Assembly (NCBI GenBank): GCA_964500005.1
Contig: CAZCMP010000002.1
Span: 64,934 to 128,933, forward strand
DNA: 64,000 bases
DNA from: an uncultured Thermococci archaeon
GTDB taxonomy: Archaea; Methanobacteriota_B; Thermococci; Methanofastidiosales; Methanofastidiosaceae
Direction of reading: 5' to 3'
In this document: one piece after another, positions 31,752 through 41,431 of the stretch
How positions within the stretch are numbered: position 1 is the first letter of the stretch
How the letters are laid out: each line of letters starts with the position of its first letter
Translations under genes and position numbers: made by a program
Notes under the pieces: generated by a model
What the model was told of the DNA's origin: nothing
Database searches by the model: none
The model's input: the letters and a program-made list of their open reading frames with translations, nothing else

Positions 31752-32249
31752 ATGATAAAAGATATTATAATTAAAAAATATGGAGAAAGTAATTATGACA
31801 AGTTAATATTTTTTATCAAAGGGGCAATATTGTCCATATTTTTTTATATTATTAGTGATTATACTCCAATTAGAATTTTTACAGCACAAGCTGTTAAAGA
31901 AGGAATAACTTTTTTTGGAATACAAAAGCCTCTTATCATATCTGATAAATTTGTGGCTGTCGGAAGCTATGAAATATCCAAGAGATGTATCGGACTAGCT
32001 TCTGGTGCAATATTTACTTCCCTATTTATATTGTCTTCATTTACACTTGTTAAAAAGATTTTGTATCTTTTAATATTTCTTATAGCCTTATTAATCTTAA
32101 ACATATTAAGATTAATTATAACAATATATCTTTTCGAACAAGGCTACAGCTGGCTTATTGCACATGATATATTGGCATATGCACTTGGAATAGGATTTTC
32201 ATTCCTTATCTTAATAAAAATAAACTCATACATTCCATTATTCAAATAA
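31752..32249 (+). CDS. Archaeosortase/exosortase family membrane protein
   Basis: Cys-Arg-His triad pattern EISKRCIG, NILRL, AHD within a multi-TM protein. Confidence 0.75.
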   Translation: MIKDIIIKKYGESNYDKLIFFIKGAILSIFFYIISDYTPIRIFTAQAVKEGITFFGIQKPLIISDKFVAVGSYEISKRCIGLASGAIFTSLFILSSFTLVKKILYLLIFLIALLILNILRLIITIYLFEQGYSWLIAHDILAYALGIGFSFLILIKINSYIPLFK

Positions 32250-33269
32250 GATTCTTTGGTAAACTTCCAATGTGGCAATTGCAGATTTTTCCCAAGAAAA
32301 AAGTTTAGATTTTTCTAGAACTTTATTGGAAAGTTCAGTTCTAAATTTTTGATTAAGTATTATTTTCTCTACTAGATCCACCAATTGATTTTTTTCTTTA
32401 ACAGTTAAGGTTAGATTATCCAACAAATAACTAGAGCCCGGACTTACTAAGGATACAACAGGTATACCACATGCCATAGCCTCTAGAATTGAGAGCCCAA
32501 ATCCCTCTGTTTTTGAAGTTGAAACAACTGCTTTGAATTTTTTTAAGTATTTTTCTGCGTCAATTATTTCCCCCAAAAAAATAATGTTAAGTCCTTGAGA
32601 AATATCCTCAAGTTCTTTTCGAAGATAACCTTCCCCTATCATATATGCGGGCTCAACGATTCCTTTTTTTCTGAGTTCTCTTATTAATTCAATAAAGTCT
32701 CTTGGATTTTTTTCATTGACTAATGCCCCTATGAATCCTATGCCATTTTTTTCAGATTTTTCGGGAGAGAATATCGAATGATCAACACCATTGGGGATTG
32801 AAATAACTTCTCTCTCTAAAAAATCAGTTAGTTTTTTCTGCAGATTTGGAGAAACAGCAACTATGACTTGGTATTTAGACAATACGAATTTGACCAATCT
32901 ACCTATGCTTCCTTTTTGTAGATAGACATTCACATCACTTCCATGGACTGTTAAAATCCTTTTTTTGCCTGAGAGAATAGACAAAAAATAACCGAGCAAT
33001 CCAGGAGTTGTAGCAAAATGAGAATGTATTAAATCAATTTTATTCTTTCTAATGATAATAATTCCCTTAAAAATTCCAAAAAAGATGAAGAAAAATCCTC
33101 TAAATTTTTTAGGTAATTTTGTAGAATATACTTTTTCTTCAGTTGCGTTTGAATATGTTAAAACAAAGACATCTTGGCCAAGTTTATTTAATTCCTTTTT
33201 AAGTTGATATATGTGGGTCGAAATACCTCCAATTTTTGGAGGATATTCGCCAATCATTAGTATATTCAT
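32238..33269 (-). CDS. Glycosyltransferase family 4
   Basis: YPPKIGGI, IHSH, TVHGSD, IPNGVD, EGFGLSILEAMACG. Confidence 0.92.
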   Translation of the reverse strand: MNILMIGEYPPKIGGISTHIYQLKKELNKLGQDVFVLTYSNATEEKVYSTKLPKKFRGFFFIFFGIFKGIIIIRKNKIDLIHSHFATTPGLLGYFLSILSGKKRILTVHGSDVNVYLQKGSIGRLVKFVLSKYQVIVAVSPNLQKKLTDFLEREVISIPNGVDHSIFSPEKSEKNGIGFIGALVNEKNPRDFIELIRELRKKGIVEPAYMIGEGYLRKELEDISQGLNIIFLGEIIDAEKYLKKFKAVVSTSKTEGFGLSILEAMACGIPVVSLVSPGSSYLLDNLTLTVKEKNQLVDLVEKIILNQKFRTELSNKVLEKSKLFSWEKSAIATLEVYQRILFE

Positions 33270-33306
33270 GAAAAAACTTATATTTTCAAGGTTTTTAAGT
33301 TATTGT

Positions 33307-33611
33307 GTGGGCGGAATATTGGCTTCCCTTCGGGGAGGAAGCTCCATCCACCTGATCAGGATGTGGCATCGAAAGATGCTTGGAGAAATCCAAGGTAAAG
33401 GAACAGAAAAAAACGGCCTTTGTCTAATGAAGATGATGTAGACGGAATCTGGCAACAAATTTCAAAACTACTGAGAAGACTTAGGGCACGGTGGAATACC
33501 TTCCCACATGGTGCAAGACCAAACTAAAACCGATGAAACCTGGTCCGAGGTTTGTGGTAGGTCGCTTAGTTCAATGCCAATATTACAAAAGATGGGCTAT
33601 AATCCGCTCAC
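33307..33611 (+). ncRNA. rnpB: RNase P RNA (archaeal type A)
   Basis: P1 GTGGGCGGA/TCCGCTCAC; CR-I GAGGAAGCTCCATCC; CR-V ACAAAAGATGGGCTATA; P8 CATC-GAAA-GATG; P9 CTTGG-AGAAAT-CCAAG; GGTGCAAG; P6 GATCAGG/CCTGGTC. Confidence 0.92.
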
Positions 33612-33612
33612 T

Positions 33613-34347
33613 TTAACTTTTTATAGCATTTATTATATCAAATAGTTTCTCTTTATTTCTTTCTATAATAGTTCCTGTTACAAATATATCTGCTCCAGCC
33701 AAAGCAAGTTTCTTTGCAGAGTCTGGGGCCCTTATCCCGCCACCTACTATTAGAGGTATATCAATTACTTTTTTTACAAGCCCCACCATTTCGGGAGTAA
33801 CAGTTTCTAAAGCTCCCGATCCGGCTTCAAGATAGACAAGTCTCATGCCTAGGTATTGTGCAGCTAAAGAATAAGCCGCTGCAATCTGTGGTTTTTTTCT
33901 AGGTATCAGGTCAGCTTCGCCCATCCAGCCGACTGTTTCTCCTGGTTCGATAACTAAGTATCCTGTGGGTATTGGTTCTATCCCTGTCTTTTTTACTAAA
34001 AAACTTCCTAGGGCCTGAGATTTTGTAATAAAATAAGGATTTCTTGAATTCATATAAGACATGAATAGAATTGCATCTGCCTTAGGAGATACTTGAGCAA
34101 CGCCACCGGGGAAAATAATTACGGGCAGTTTAGTATTGGCTTTAATTGATTCTATCAGAACATCTAGGTAATTACCAAGTGTATGCGTAGATCCCCCTAT
34201 TAGTATAGCATCGCTTCCAGCTTCCTCAGAAATCAAAGCGGCACTCTTTGCTTCTTCGATAGAGAAACTATCAGGATCAACTAAAGAAAAATGAAGCTTC
34301 TCCTTCTGTAGTTTATCCAAAAGGTATTTTTCTACTTTACCGGTCAT
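33613..34347 (-). CDS. Geranylgeranylglyceryl phosphate synthase
   Basis: HFSLVDPD, AILIGGS, FPGG, YLEAGSGA, IVGGGIR; likely start MTGKVEKYL at 34347. Confidence 0.93.
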   Translation of the reverse strand: MTGKVEKYLLDKLQKEKLHFSLVDPDSFSIEEAKSAALISEEAGSDAILIGGSTHTLGNYLDVLIESIKANTKLPVIIFPGGVAQVSPKADAILFMSYMNSRNPYFITKSQALGSFLVKKTGIEPIPTGYLVIEPGETVGWMGEADLIPRKKPQIAAAYSLAAQYLGMRLVYLEAGSGALETVTPEMVGLVKKVIDIPLIVGGGIRAPDSAKKLALAGADIFVTGTIIERNKEKLFDIINAIKS

Positions 34348-34360
34348 TTTAAGCACTCTC

Positions 34361-34591
34361 TTACATTCCAAGTTTTACTGAATCTTCCTTCTTAGCTCTT
34401 ACAATGACGATGTCCCCAATAGCCGAAACATCTTTGAATGGAACTGCGATATTATCTATGCCTTTCTCTTGCCCAACTGCTAGTCCAAAAACAACTCCTT
34501 CTTTTACTTCTAGAATGATATCATTAACTATACCTATGTACTCGCCCTTTGTATTATACAATTCAAGCCCGAATAATTTAGAAATCCTCAT
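34361..34591 (-). CDS. PRC-barrel domain protein (CdpB-like)
   Basis: ISKLFGLELYNTKGEYIG.V.DIIL...VPFKDVSAIGDIVIV; likely start ATG 34591. Confidence 0.85.
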   Translation of the reverse strand: MRISKLFGLELYNTKGEYIGIVNDIILEVKEGVVFGLAVGQEKGIDNIAVPFKDVSAIGDIVIVRAKKEDSVKLGM

Positions 34592-34724
34592 GATTATCCC
34601 TTTTATAGTTTTTATCACTAGAGTTTATATATTTTTCTAGATATTTAATATTATTTATCTAGAATGGGTAGAATTATAAATAAAAAAGTAATATAAAAAA
34701 ATTAATAATAAATTAATTACTTAT

Positions 34725-35642
34725 TTACATTAATAGTGCCATTACGGCTTTCTGTGCATGATTTCTGTTTTCTGCTTGATCTAATACAACAGAATGGGGT
34801 CCATCAACGACTTCATCAGTTATTTCTTCTCCCCTATGTGCGGGTAAACAGTGCATAACGATGCAGTCATCCTGAGCTTGTGAAACTAATTTTTCATTTA
34901 CCTGGTAAGGCTTGAAGATTTTAACCCTGTCATCATGCTCTTTGTCTTTTCCCATGCTTGCCCATACATCGGTATAGATTACATCGGCACCCTTAACGCC
35001 TTTTGGATCATTTGTTATCTCAAGTTTAAGGCCATCTTCTAATGCCATTTTTTCTATCTGTTTATCTGGTTCATAACCCTTTGGACATACAACAGTCATT
35101 TCCATTCCTACTTTTGCGGATCCAAACATTAGAGAATGGCAAACATTATTTCCATCGCCTACAAATGCCAATTTGAGTCCTTTGAATTCCTGTTTCTTTT
35201 CAAGAATTGTTTCTAAATCTGCTAAACACTGACATGGGTGCAAAAGGTCGGATAATCCATTTATTACTGGAACAGTTGAATGCTTGCATAGCTCTACTAT
35301 ATTATCATGTGAGAATACCCTTGCCATTATGCCATCACAGTATCTGGCAAGAACTGCTCCGGTATCCCCTACCGTTTCTCCCCTCCCCAATTGAAGATCC
35401 GTGGAAGATAGATACAAAGCATGTCCCCCCAATTGTTTCATTCCTACTTCAAATGACACCCTTGTCCTAGTTGATGGTTTTTGGAATATCATTGCTAGTG
35501 TTTTACCATAAAGTAATTCATGTCGCTCTCCAGTTTTCTGTTTTATTTTTAAAGTCTCGGCCGTTTTCAAAATTTGCCATATTTCCTCTTTTGTAAGATC
35601 GTGTAAAGAAGCAAGATGCTTACCTTTCATGTTAACTACCAT
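34725..35642 (-). CDS. argF: Ornithine carbamoyltransferase
   Basis: STRTR, HPCQ, DVWASMG, MHCLP. Confidence 0.96.
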   Translation of the reverse strand: MVVNMKGKHLASLHDLTKEEIWQILKTAETLKIKQKTGERHELLYGKTLAMIFQKPSTRTRVSFEVGMKQLGGHALYLSSTDLQLGRGETVGDTGAVLARYCDGIMARVFSHDNIVELCKHSTVPVINGLSDLLHPCQCLADLETILEKKQEFKGLKLAFVGDGNNVCHSLMFGSAKVGMEMTVVCPKGYEPDKQIEKMALEDGLKLEITNDPKGVKGADVIYTDVWASMGKDKEHDDRVKIFKPYQVNEKLVSQAQDDCIVMHCLPAHRGEEITDEVVDGPHSVVLDQAENRNHAQKAVMALLM

Positions 35643-35733
35643 TAAATATCACCGAATCAAGAAAATGTAAATGCTTTTTAAATCTGATGACCTTGGTGTA
35701 ACAAATTTAATACTCATTGTTTTAAATGAAACA

Positions 35734-36198
35734 TTATTCGAGAGTTCTAAGATATGCCCCTCTGTCAATAATATTATTGAGCATTTTTCCATCAAATTTT
35801 CCAATGCCAATTACTTCATTTCTTGTATTGGATACTAATATATAACCTTTTTTGGGTGGATTTATTATATTCTTAATAAAAACATCACGCCCATATAAAA
35901 ATAAAGAAGATCCTTTCTCATTTAATTTTATTTTTTTTGAACACATATCCATTATAAGATGGCTTTCTAAACCTAATAAAAAGTTACCTTTATGGAATTT
36001 TCCAACTTGTGTTCCTATAGATACTAAGTTCTCAACTATTTTCTCGTCTAAGGCTCTTTGATAAATTATTTTATTTGCAAGGAATACTTCATCTTTTACA
36101 GTTAACAATATATTACTTTCAGGTAATCGAAAAATGCCCCCATAATTCGCTATAGTTTTCTTTACAACTTCTAGTTTTTTTCCGTCTATAACTTTCAT
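35734..36198 (-). CDS. NIP7-like PUA-domain ribosome biogenesis protein
   Basis: SIGTQVGKF, LFLYGRDV, C-terminal DRGAYLR. Confidence 0.75.
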   Translation of the reverse strand: MKVIDGKKLEVVKKTIANYGGIFRLPESNILLTVKDEVFLANKIIYQRALDEKIVENLVSIGTQVGKFHKGNFLLGLESHLIMDMCSKKIKLNEKGSSLFLYGRDVFIKNIINPPKKGYILVSNTRNEVIGIGKFDGKMLNNIIDRGAYLRTLE

Positions 36199-36206
36199 TA
36201 AATTAC

Positions 36207-36665
36207 CTACAAGTTTAGGGTATATGCCATTTCAATTTTAATTTTTTGGCATAACTCTAATATTTTTTCAATATCAAAAGGCTCTCCTTCTTCTCCAATT
36301 CCAGGACAAGCTACATCTACATATATGTATACCTTTTCACCATTTTTCAAAATATGAGGCGTGTCTGACTCAGATAAAGGATTATAAAAAACGCCCAATG
36401 GAAAAAGTCTACAAATGAGGGGTTTGTATTCATGTATAGTGCAACTTCTATCGTCTAAGAAGACACATCCATTGTCCCAAATTCTTTTCTCAATTACAAA
36501 TTTTTTTCTAGAAGTATCATACAAAGCGAATTCCTTTTCAGTATTCTTCTCTATTCTTTCAATATCAAATAAAGTAAGTGGAACCCCTCGGACTCTGCAA
36601 CATTCTCCGCATTGTTTACATTTATATTTTTGTCCAGTATATAGAACTAATACTTCTTTCATCAT
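36207..36665 (-). CDS. YkgJ family cysteine-cluster (Fe-S/Zn) protein
   Basis: CKQCGECC...CVFL...CTIHEYKPLICRLFP...CPGIG. Confidence 0.88.
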   Translation of the reverse strand: MMKEVLVLYTGQKYKCKQCGECCRVRGVPLTLFDIERIEKNTEKEFALYDTSRKKFVIEKRIWDNGCVFLDDRSCTIHEYKPLICRLFPLGVFYNPLSESDTPHILKNGEKVYIYVDVACPGIGEEGEPFDIEKILELCQKIKIEMAYTLNL

Positions 36666-36730
36666 ATCCCCTTGATTTCCTATGGAGATTATTACAATTA
36701 TATATAGTTTTAATTTTTAAGTTAAGTGAT

Positions 36731-37249
36731 TTAAGAACTAATTAATTTTATTACTGCGTCTCTGGTCTTTTCTCTATCCGCCCCTGCCACGATAATAACA
36801 TCACGCCCATACAATCCATGTGGGATGTACTCTATTTCTCCTTGTGAAGTATACCAGTCAACTTTCGATTGCCCTCTCTGAACTAATCCGGCTACCAGTC
36901 TGTTTGCAACTGGTCCACCTATAAGTATAAGATTGTTGTTCTTAGCGACACTTTCAAGCAATGCTTCATCATTTGTTATCAATTTTTGAGGATCCCATAT
37001 ATTGACTCTAAATAATCCTTTAGACGGGTCCTCGTAATAAGCTTCAGCCTGTATTTTTGAGATTATTAATCCTCCAGAAATTGAATCCATCGATGCCGCG
37101 TTTTTTCCTACCACTATTATTGAATGTGGTTCACCGTTTGTAGTGTCTACAAAGAAAGATCTTGGAACAAGGTCAGATGATGCTGGAAAAATAAAAAAAG
37201 TTTGAATTAATAATATTAATAACAGTATTATACTTAATCTAGTCTTCAT
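36731..37249 (-). CDS. Small secreted S-layer-domain protein
   Basis: Signal peptide; IIVVGKNAASMD and NLILIGGPVAN...IIVAGADREKT motifs of Thermococcales/Methanococcales S-layer termini. Confidence 0.75.
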   Translation of the reverse strand: MKTRLSIILLLILLIQTFFIFPASSDLVPRSFFVDTTNGEPHSIIVVGKNAASMDSISGGLIISKIQAEAYYEDPSKGLFRVNIWDPQKLITNDEALLESVAKNNNLILIGGPVANRLVAGLVQRGQSKVDWYTSQGEIEYIPHGLYGRDVIIVAGADREKTRDAVIKLISS

Positions 37250-37315
37250 ATACTTTAGTTCTTTGATTAATATTTATATCTTACTATTTTTAATCAATAT
37301 TCTGAAAAGAATTTC

Positions 37316-38776
37316 CTAGTAATAGTTCTTCAATTCTTCATATGATTCATTTATTTCTTTTAAAATACTCTCTTTTACTATCTTTTCTTTTTCGTCTTGA
37401 GTTGTATCTGGATGGTAATACTTTGATAGTTCCTTCCACCTATGTTTAATTTCCTCTGCTGTTGTATCTGTATCCAGTCTTAATACTTTTAAACAAGAAA
37501 TCAAAGATAGAGAGTCATCATCAGGTAAATAAGGTATTTCTAAAGGGTATACCGTTCCAGTTTCATAAACTACATTCCCTCGGTAGTTACAAAATGTTTT
37601 AATCTCAAATAAACCTTCATTTTTTGGCTTAATTAATAGCGTATATGATTTATACTCCATAGGTTTGAGGAAGTCTATTTTATCTTCAATTTTTTGGATA
37701 TTCAAATCCCTGTTTTTTTCTATTAAAACAGATATGTCAAAAGCATCCATATCTCCATTATTAATTAAATATACCTGGATTTCAGATTCTTTTTTTCTCT
37801 CCAATGGATCAAGAATATAAAAAATATACCTAATGCTAGGCCTACCTATATCTTCCTCGATTTTAACTTGCAGTATGTTGAGGCTCTCACTTAAACTATT
37901 AGCTCTAACTAGAAGCTCTTTAATATATACGTTAGAGGAGGATATTGATCTTTTTCCATAATTTTCTAAAAAAGTTGAATAATCTTCATCAATTGACAAA
38001 ATATCTTGGTAAAGTCCTTCGAATATACCCTTGTAAAAATTATAGTTTTTACCCAAACCTTTTTTTGTTAGTAAAGTTTGACCTGTTTTTTCATAATTTG
38101 ATAAACATTCTACTAATAGTTCTTTTAGTGTTTTTATTTTACCTTCTATCTTTCTTCTTTCAGAATATAAATTATTGGCATTTTGTAAATATCTTAGAGA
38201 TTCTCTTTCCATTCCTAACATCTTTAAAGCATAGGCAATATTCTCTAGAGAAGGTATGCTTTCAGAATTCTCATTCAGACAAACGTTCAATAAGTTTATA
38301 GAGTCTTCAATCTGTTTCTTCCCGTTTTCAAGAATAAGTTGGGCTCTAGTATATGTATAATCAAAATCTCCCCATTCTTTTAGAATTAGAATAGCTTCTT
38401 CTATCCTACCAATTTTTTGAAGTGCAATAGCTAGATTAATAATTGCATTCTTATTATTTTTTTCTTCTTTTAGAACTTTTTTAAAACATGTTACGGCATC
38501 AGAGTAATTACCTATTTTGGATAATGATATGCCTTTATTATAAAGAGTTCTGACATCTTCTTGTTTCTTAAGTACCATATCGTAATATTTTAAGGCTTCT
38601 TCAGATTTTCCTAGTTTGTCTAATGAGATGCCAATATTAGTTATAACATCAATATCTTGAGGGTCAATAGATCTTGCTTTCTCAAAACAATCTAAAGCGT
38701 CTTCATGTTTACCCATCCTATCGAGAATTATTCCTTTTGAATTCCAGTAAGATCCGGATTCAAGTAAATTTGACAC
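37316..38776 (-). CDS. TPR-repeat protein with C-terminal DnaJ (J) domain
   Basis: WNSKG/NIG/YNKG TPR repeats; NNGDMDA Ig-like stretch; EEIKHRWKELSKYYHPD...EINESYEEL. Confidence 0.85.
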   Translation of the reverse strand: MSNLLESGSYWNSKGIILDRMGKHEDALDCFEKARSIDPQDIDVITNIGISLDKLGKSEEALKYYDMVLKKQEDVRTLYNKGISLSKIGNYSDAVTCFKKVLKEEKNNKNAIINLAIALQKIGRIEEAILILKEWGDFDYTYTRAQLILENGKKQIEDSINLLNVCLNENSESIPSLENIAYALKMLGMERESLRYLQNANNLYSERRKIEGKIKTLKELLVECLSNYEKTGQTLLTKKGLGKNYNFYKGIFEGLYQDILSIDEDYSTFLENYGKRSISSSNVYIKELLVRANSLSESLNILQVKIEEDIGRPSIRYIFYILDPLERKKESEIQVYLINNGDMDAFDISVLIEKNRDLNIQKIEDKIDFLKPMEYKSYTLLIKPKNEGLFEIKTFCNYRGNVVYETGTVYPLEIPYLPDDDSLSLISCLKVLRLDTDTTAEEIKHRWKELSKYYHPDTTQDEKEKIVKESILKEINESYEELKNYY

Positions 38777-38826
38777 ATTTCTAGGGAAAAATATACATTT
38801 AAAAGAGTTTTTATATATTACTAATT

Positions 38827-39456
38827 ATGTACCAGCAAAGAGATGGATACCACCGAATGGCAAAAAAAGAAGGTTATAAGTCTAGAGCATCTTTTAAACT
38901 AATTCAACTTAACAAAAAATTTAATTTAATTAAGAAAGGATATACTGTTTTGGATCTTGGTGCGGCCCCTGGTGGATGGATTCAAGTAGCATCCACATTA
39001 GTAGGGGATACAGGTCTAGTAGTTGGAGTTGACTTAAGATTAGTCAAAGAAAAATTTCCAAATTCATTTTTTATTCAAGGGGACATATTCGATGACGAAA
39101 CAATTAAAAAAATCATGGAAATCGATGAAGATTTTAACACTATTATCTCAGATCTTGCCCCAAACACATCAGGCATTAGATCTATCGATCATCAAAAGTC
39201 AATAAATCTTTGTTATAGGGTCTTAGAATTGTCAACATCTTTATTAAAATATAAGGGGAATCTTCTAATAAAAATATTCCAAGGCGAAAATACAAAAGAA
39301 TTAGTGGATACTATAAAAAATGAGTTTCATTACGTTAAGATATCAAAACCTGAGTCTTCAAGATCGGCAAGTAAAGAAACATATGTTATAGGTAAAGGTT
39401 TTAAAAAGAGAAAATTAAAAATAGAAGATACAGAATTAACCGAAGAGAGCACCTAA
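38827..39456 (+). CDS. rlmE: 23S rRNA Um2552 methyltransferase RlmE/FtsJ
   Basis: [38 protein letters not shown]. Confidence 0.95.
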   Translation: MYQQRDGYHRMAKKEGYKSRASFKLIQLNKKFNLIKKGYTVLDLGAAPGGWIQVASTLVGDTGLVVGVDLRLVKEKFPNSFFIQGDIFDDETIKKIMEIDEDFNTIISDLAPNTSGIRSIDHQKSINLCYRVLELSTSLLKYKGNLLIKIFQGENTKELVDTIKNEFHYVKISKPESSRSASKETYVIGKGFKKRKLKIEDTELTEEST

Positions 39457-39750
39457 ACCTTCAAGTGCTGATTCATCTGTTTCTTCTTTCTTTTCTTCCT
39501 TCTTTGATTCTGCAGAAGGCTTTTGTTCTGAAGCGCCTGCTGCTGGTGCAGCTGCAGGTGCATGAGCAACTGGCATTGATGCAGAGCTTATAGCTTCCTC
39601 AATATCTACACCTTCTAATGAAGATACAAGAGCTTTAATTCTGGCCTCATCGACTGCCACTCCAGCAGCCTTTAAAACATTGTTTAAATTTGCTTCAGTT
39701 ATTTCCTTCTTAGCCTCATGAAGGATCATCGCAGCATATACATATTCCAT
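39436..39750 (-). CDS. rpl12: 50S ribosomal stalk protein P1 (aL12)
   Basis: [11 protein letters not shown]...EGLGALFG. Confidence 0.96.
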   Translation of the reverse strand: MEYVYAAMILHEAKKEITEANLNNVLKAAGVAVDEARIKALVSSLEGVDIEEAISSASMPVAHAPAAAPAAGASEQKPSAESKKEEKKEETDESALEGLGALFG

Positions 39751-39767
39751 AATCACACCTCCATATA

Positions 39768-40778
39768 TTAACCAAATAGGGCCCCTAGACCTTCTAATCC
39801 AGCGTCCCCATCTTTATCTTTATTATCTTTAGTTTCTTCAACTTTATGTTCGGCTACTTTTTTTTCAGCAGGAGCTGCTGATTGAGATACATTGATTTTA
39901 TTTTTAAGTTCATCGTCCAATGCATCTGCTTTTAATATCCTAGATAGACTTAGAGCTTGAGCAACACTCTTTGACATTATCGGGCCTATTGTTTCGGGAG
40001 AAACTATGTTTGCACCAATTGCCAAAGATTTTGATTTAAGAGTTGCTTGTTGAATGAACATTTTTACATTTTGCTTTGTAAATATTCTTCTTTCAAAAGA
40101 TAGCGCCAATGCATTTGAAAATGCCTTTATTATGTTGCTTCTTGTTTGAACATCGTCTATGCTAAGAACATCTTTCTTAAATAATAATCCGCCTTCGTAA
40201 GCAGCTGCCAAATTGGCCCCTACTTCCATAGGTTCAATCTTAAGTTGGGAAAGAATCTCGCTAGCTTTTTTAGATATTGTTTCTCCACTTTTTACAAATA
40301 CTGTTTCTCTTTCAATAGATATTGAACCTTTGTCAATCTTAGCTGGAACTCCAAGAGTTTGAAGTTCACTTACAAGTGGGCCCGGTGGTAATCCGGTACT
40401 TCCTTGAGGGATTATTATATCAGCTTTTGCGACATCACCTGGTTTTGCCGGTGCAGGCGCTTTTGATTTTTGTAAAAGTCTATAAATCCTGAAAGGATTC
40501 TCATTAGAAAAGATGAATGCGGCTCCAGCGTTAATATGATCTATAAGTTGTTCTTTTTCAGTTTTTTCAAGAGCTATCTTCATTAGCTTATTCTTAGACA
40601 TTCTAAAAGTAACTTTGCCTCTCAATTCTTCCCTTATATTCTGTAACTGCTTTGCAGGTATGTTTTGAAGGTCAACTATCCCTACGACAGGAGATGATTT
40701 AATCATGTCTCTAAGGGAGTTTACTTCTTCTGATTTCCATTCAGCTACATCTCCTTTTACTGCTACTCTTCCCTTCAT
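39768..40778 (-). CDS. rpl10: 50S ribosomal protein L10 (P0)
   Basis: VAEWK, NPF..., TGLPPGP, C-terminal GLGALFG. Confidence 0.96.
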   Translation of the reverse strand: MKGRVAVKGDVAEWKSEEVNSLRDMIKSSPVVGIVDLQNIPAKQLQNIREELRGKVTFRMSKNKLMKIALEKTEKEQLIDHINAGAAFIFSNENPFRIYRLLQKSKAPAPAKPGDVAKADIIIPQGSTGLPPGPLVSELQTLGVPAKIDKGSISIERETVFVKSGETISKKASEILSQLKIEPMEVGANLAAAYEGGLLFKKDVLSIDDVQTRSNIIKAFSNALALSFERRIFTKQNVKMFIQQATLKSKSLAIGANIVSPETIGPIMSKSVAQALSLSRILKADALDDELKNKINVSQSAAPAEKKVAEHKVEETKDNKDKDGDAGLEGLGALFG

Positions 40779-41419
40779 TTAAAATCCTCCAGTTTTACCG
40801 AGGGCCCCATGGAAGTCTTAATATAAATTGACTTTATGTTGTCAAATCCTTTCTCAAGTTTCTTTTCAAAAAACTTAATAATTTCAGAAATGTTTTCAGC
40901 CAACATCTCATCTTCCATTTTTTCAGACCCAATAAAAGTATGAATCACAGACTGATTGGTACTTTTTATTTTAACTGTTTTTTTCAATTTATTTAATATA
41001 GGTTCGAGCGAAGCAGTTGGAGGCAAAGGTGATGGTGTTTTTCCTCTTGGCGCAAAGATTGGACCTAATGATTTTCCAACTAGAGTCATAAAATCTGTTT
41101 GCGCTATGAAAAAATCGTGGGTATTTGCAACTTTTTTTGCAAGTTTTTTGTCCTTTGCGAATTTTTCTATGTCTTCTTGATCAAATACGGACAAGTTTTC
41201 CTTTTTGGCTCTTAATGCCATATCTCCTGAAGCAAAGACGCCTATTTTAACATCTTTACCCCTTCCATTGGGTAAAACAAAGTCTTCTTTGATACGATTT
41301 TGTGGTTTTTTCATATCTAGCCCTTGGAGATTTATACTCATTTCCAATGACTGTGTGAAGTTTCTCGGCTTTGAATTTTCCTTCGCCTTCTTCACTGCTC
41401 GTAATACGGCTTCTTTCAA
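40775..41419 (-). CDS. rpl1: 50S ribosomal protein L1
   Basis: PRNFTQS, LGPIFAPRGK, KTSMGP; TTG start. Confidence 0.96.
   Translation of the reverse strand: MKEAVLRAVKKAKENSKPRNFTQSLEMSINLQGLDMKKPQNRIKEDFVLPNGRGKDVKIGVFASGDMALRAKKENLSVFDQEDIEKFAKDKKLAKKVANTHDFFIAQTDFMTLVGKSLGPIFAPRGKTPSPLPPTASLEPILNKLKKTVKIKSTNQSVIHTFIGSEKMEDEMLAENISEIIKFFEKKLEKGFDNIKSIYIKTSMGPSVKLEDFK
41355..41395 (-). promoter_or_regulatory. Probable L1-binding autoregulatory RNA hairpin inside rpl1
   Basis: GUGAAG-AA-GGC...GCC-GAGAAA-CUUCAC about 25 nt after the start, resembling the Methanococcus L1 mRNA target. Confidence 0.6.
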
Positions 41420-41431
41420 TACGATTCCTCC

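Noticed and set aside
33211..33441. 76-aa plus-strand ORF
   Set aside because: It overlaps the RNase P RNA and the GT4 start.
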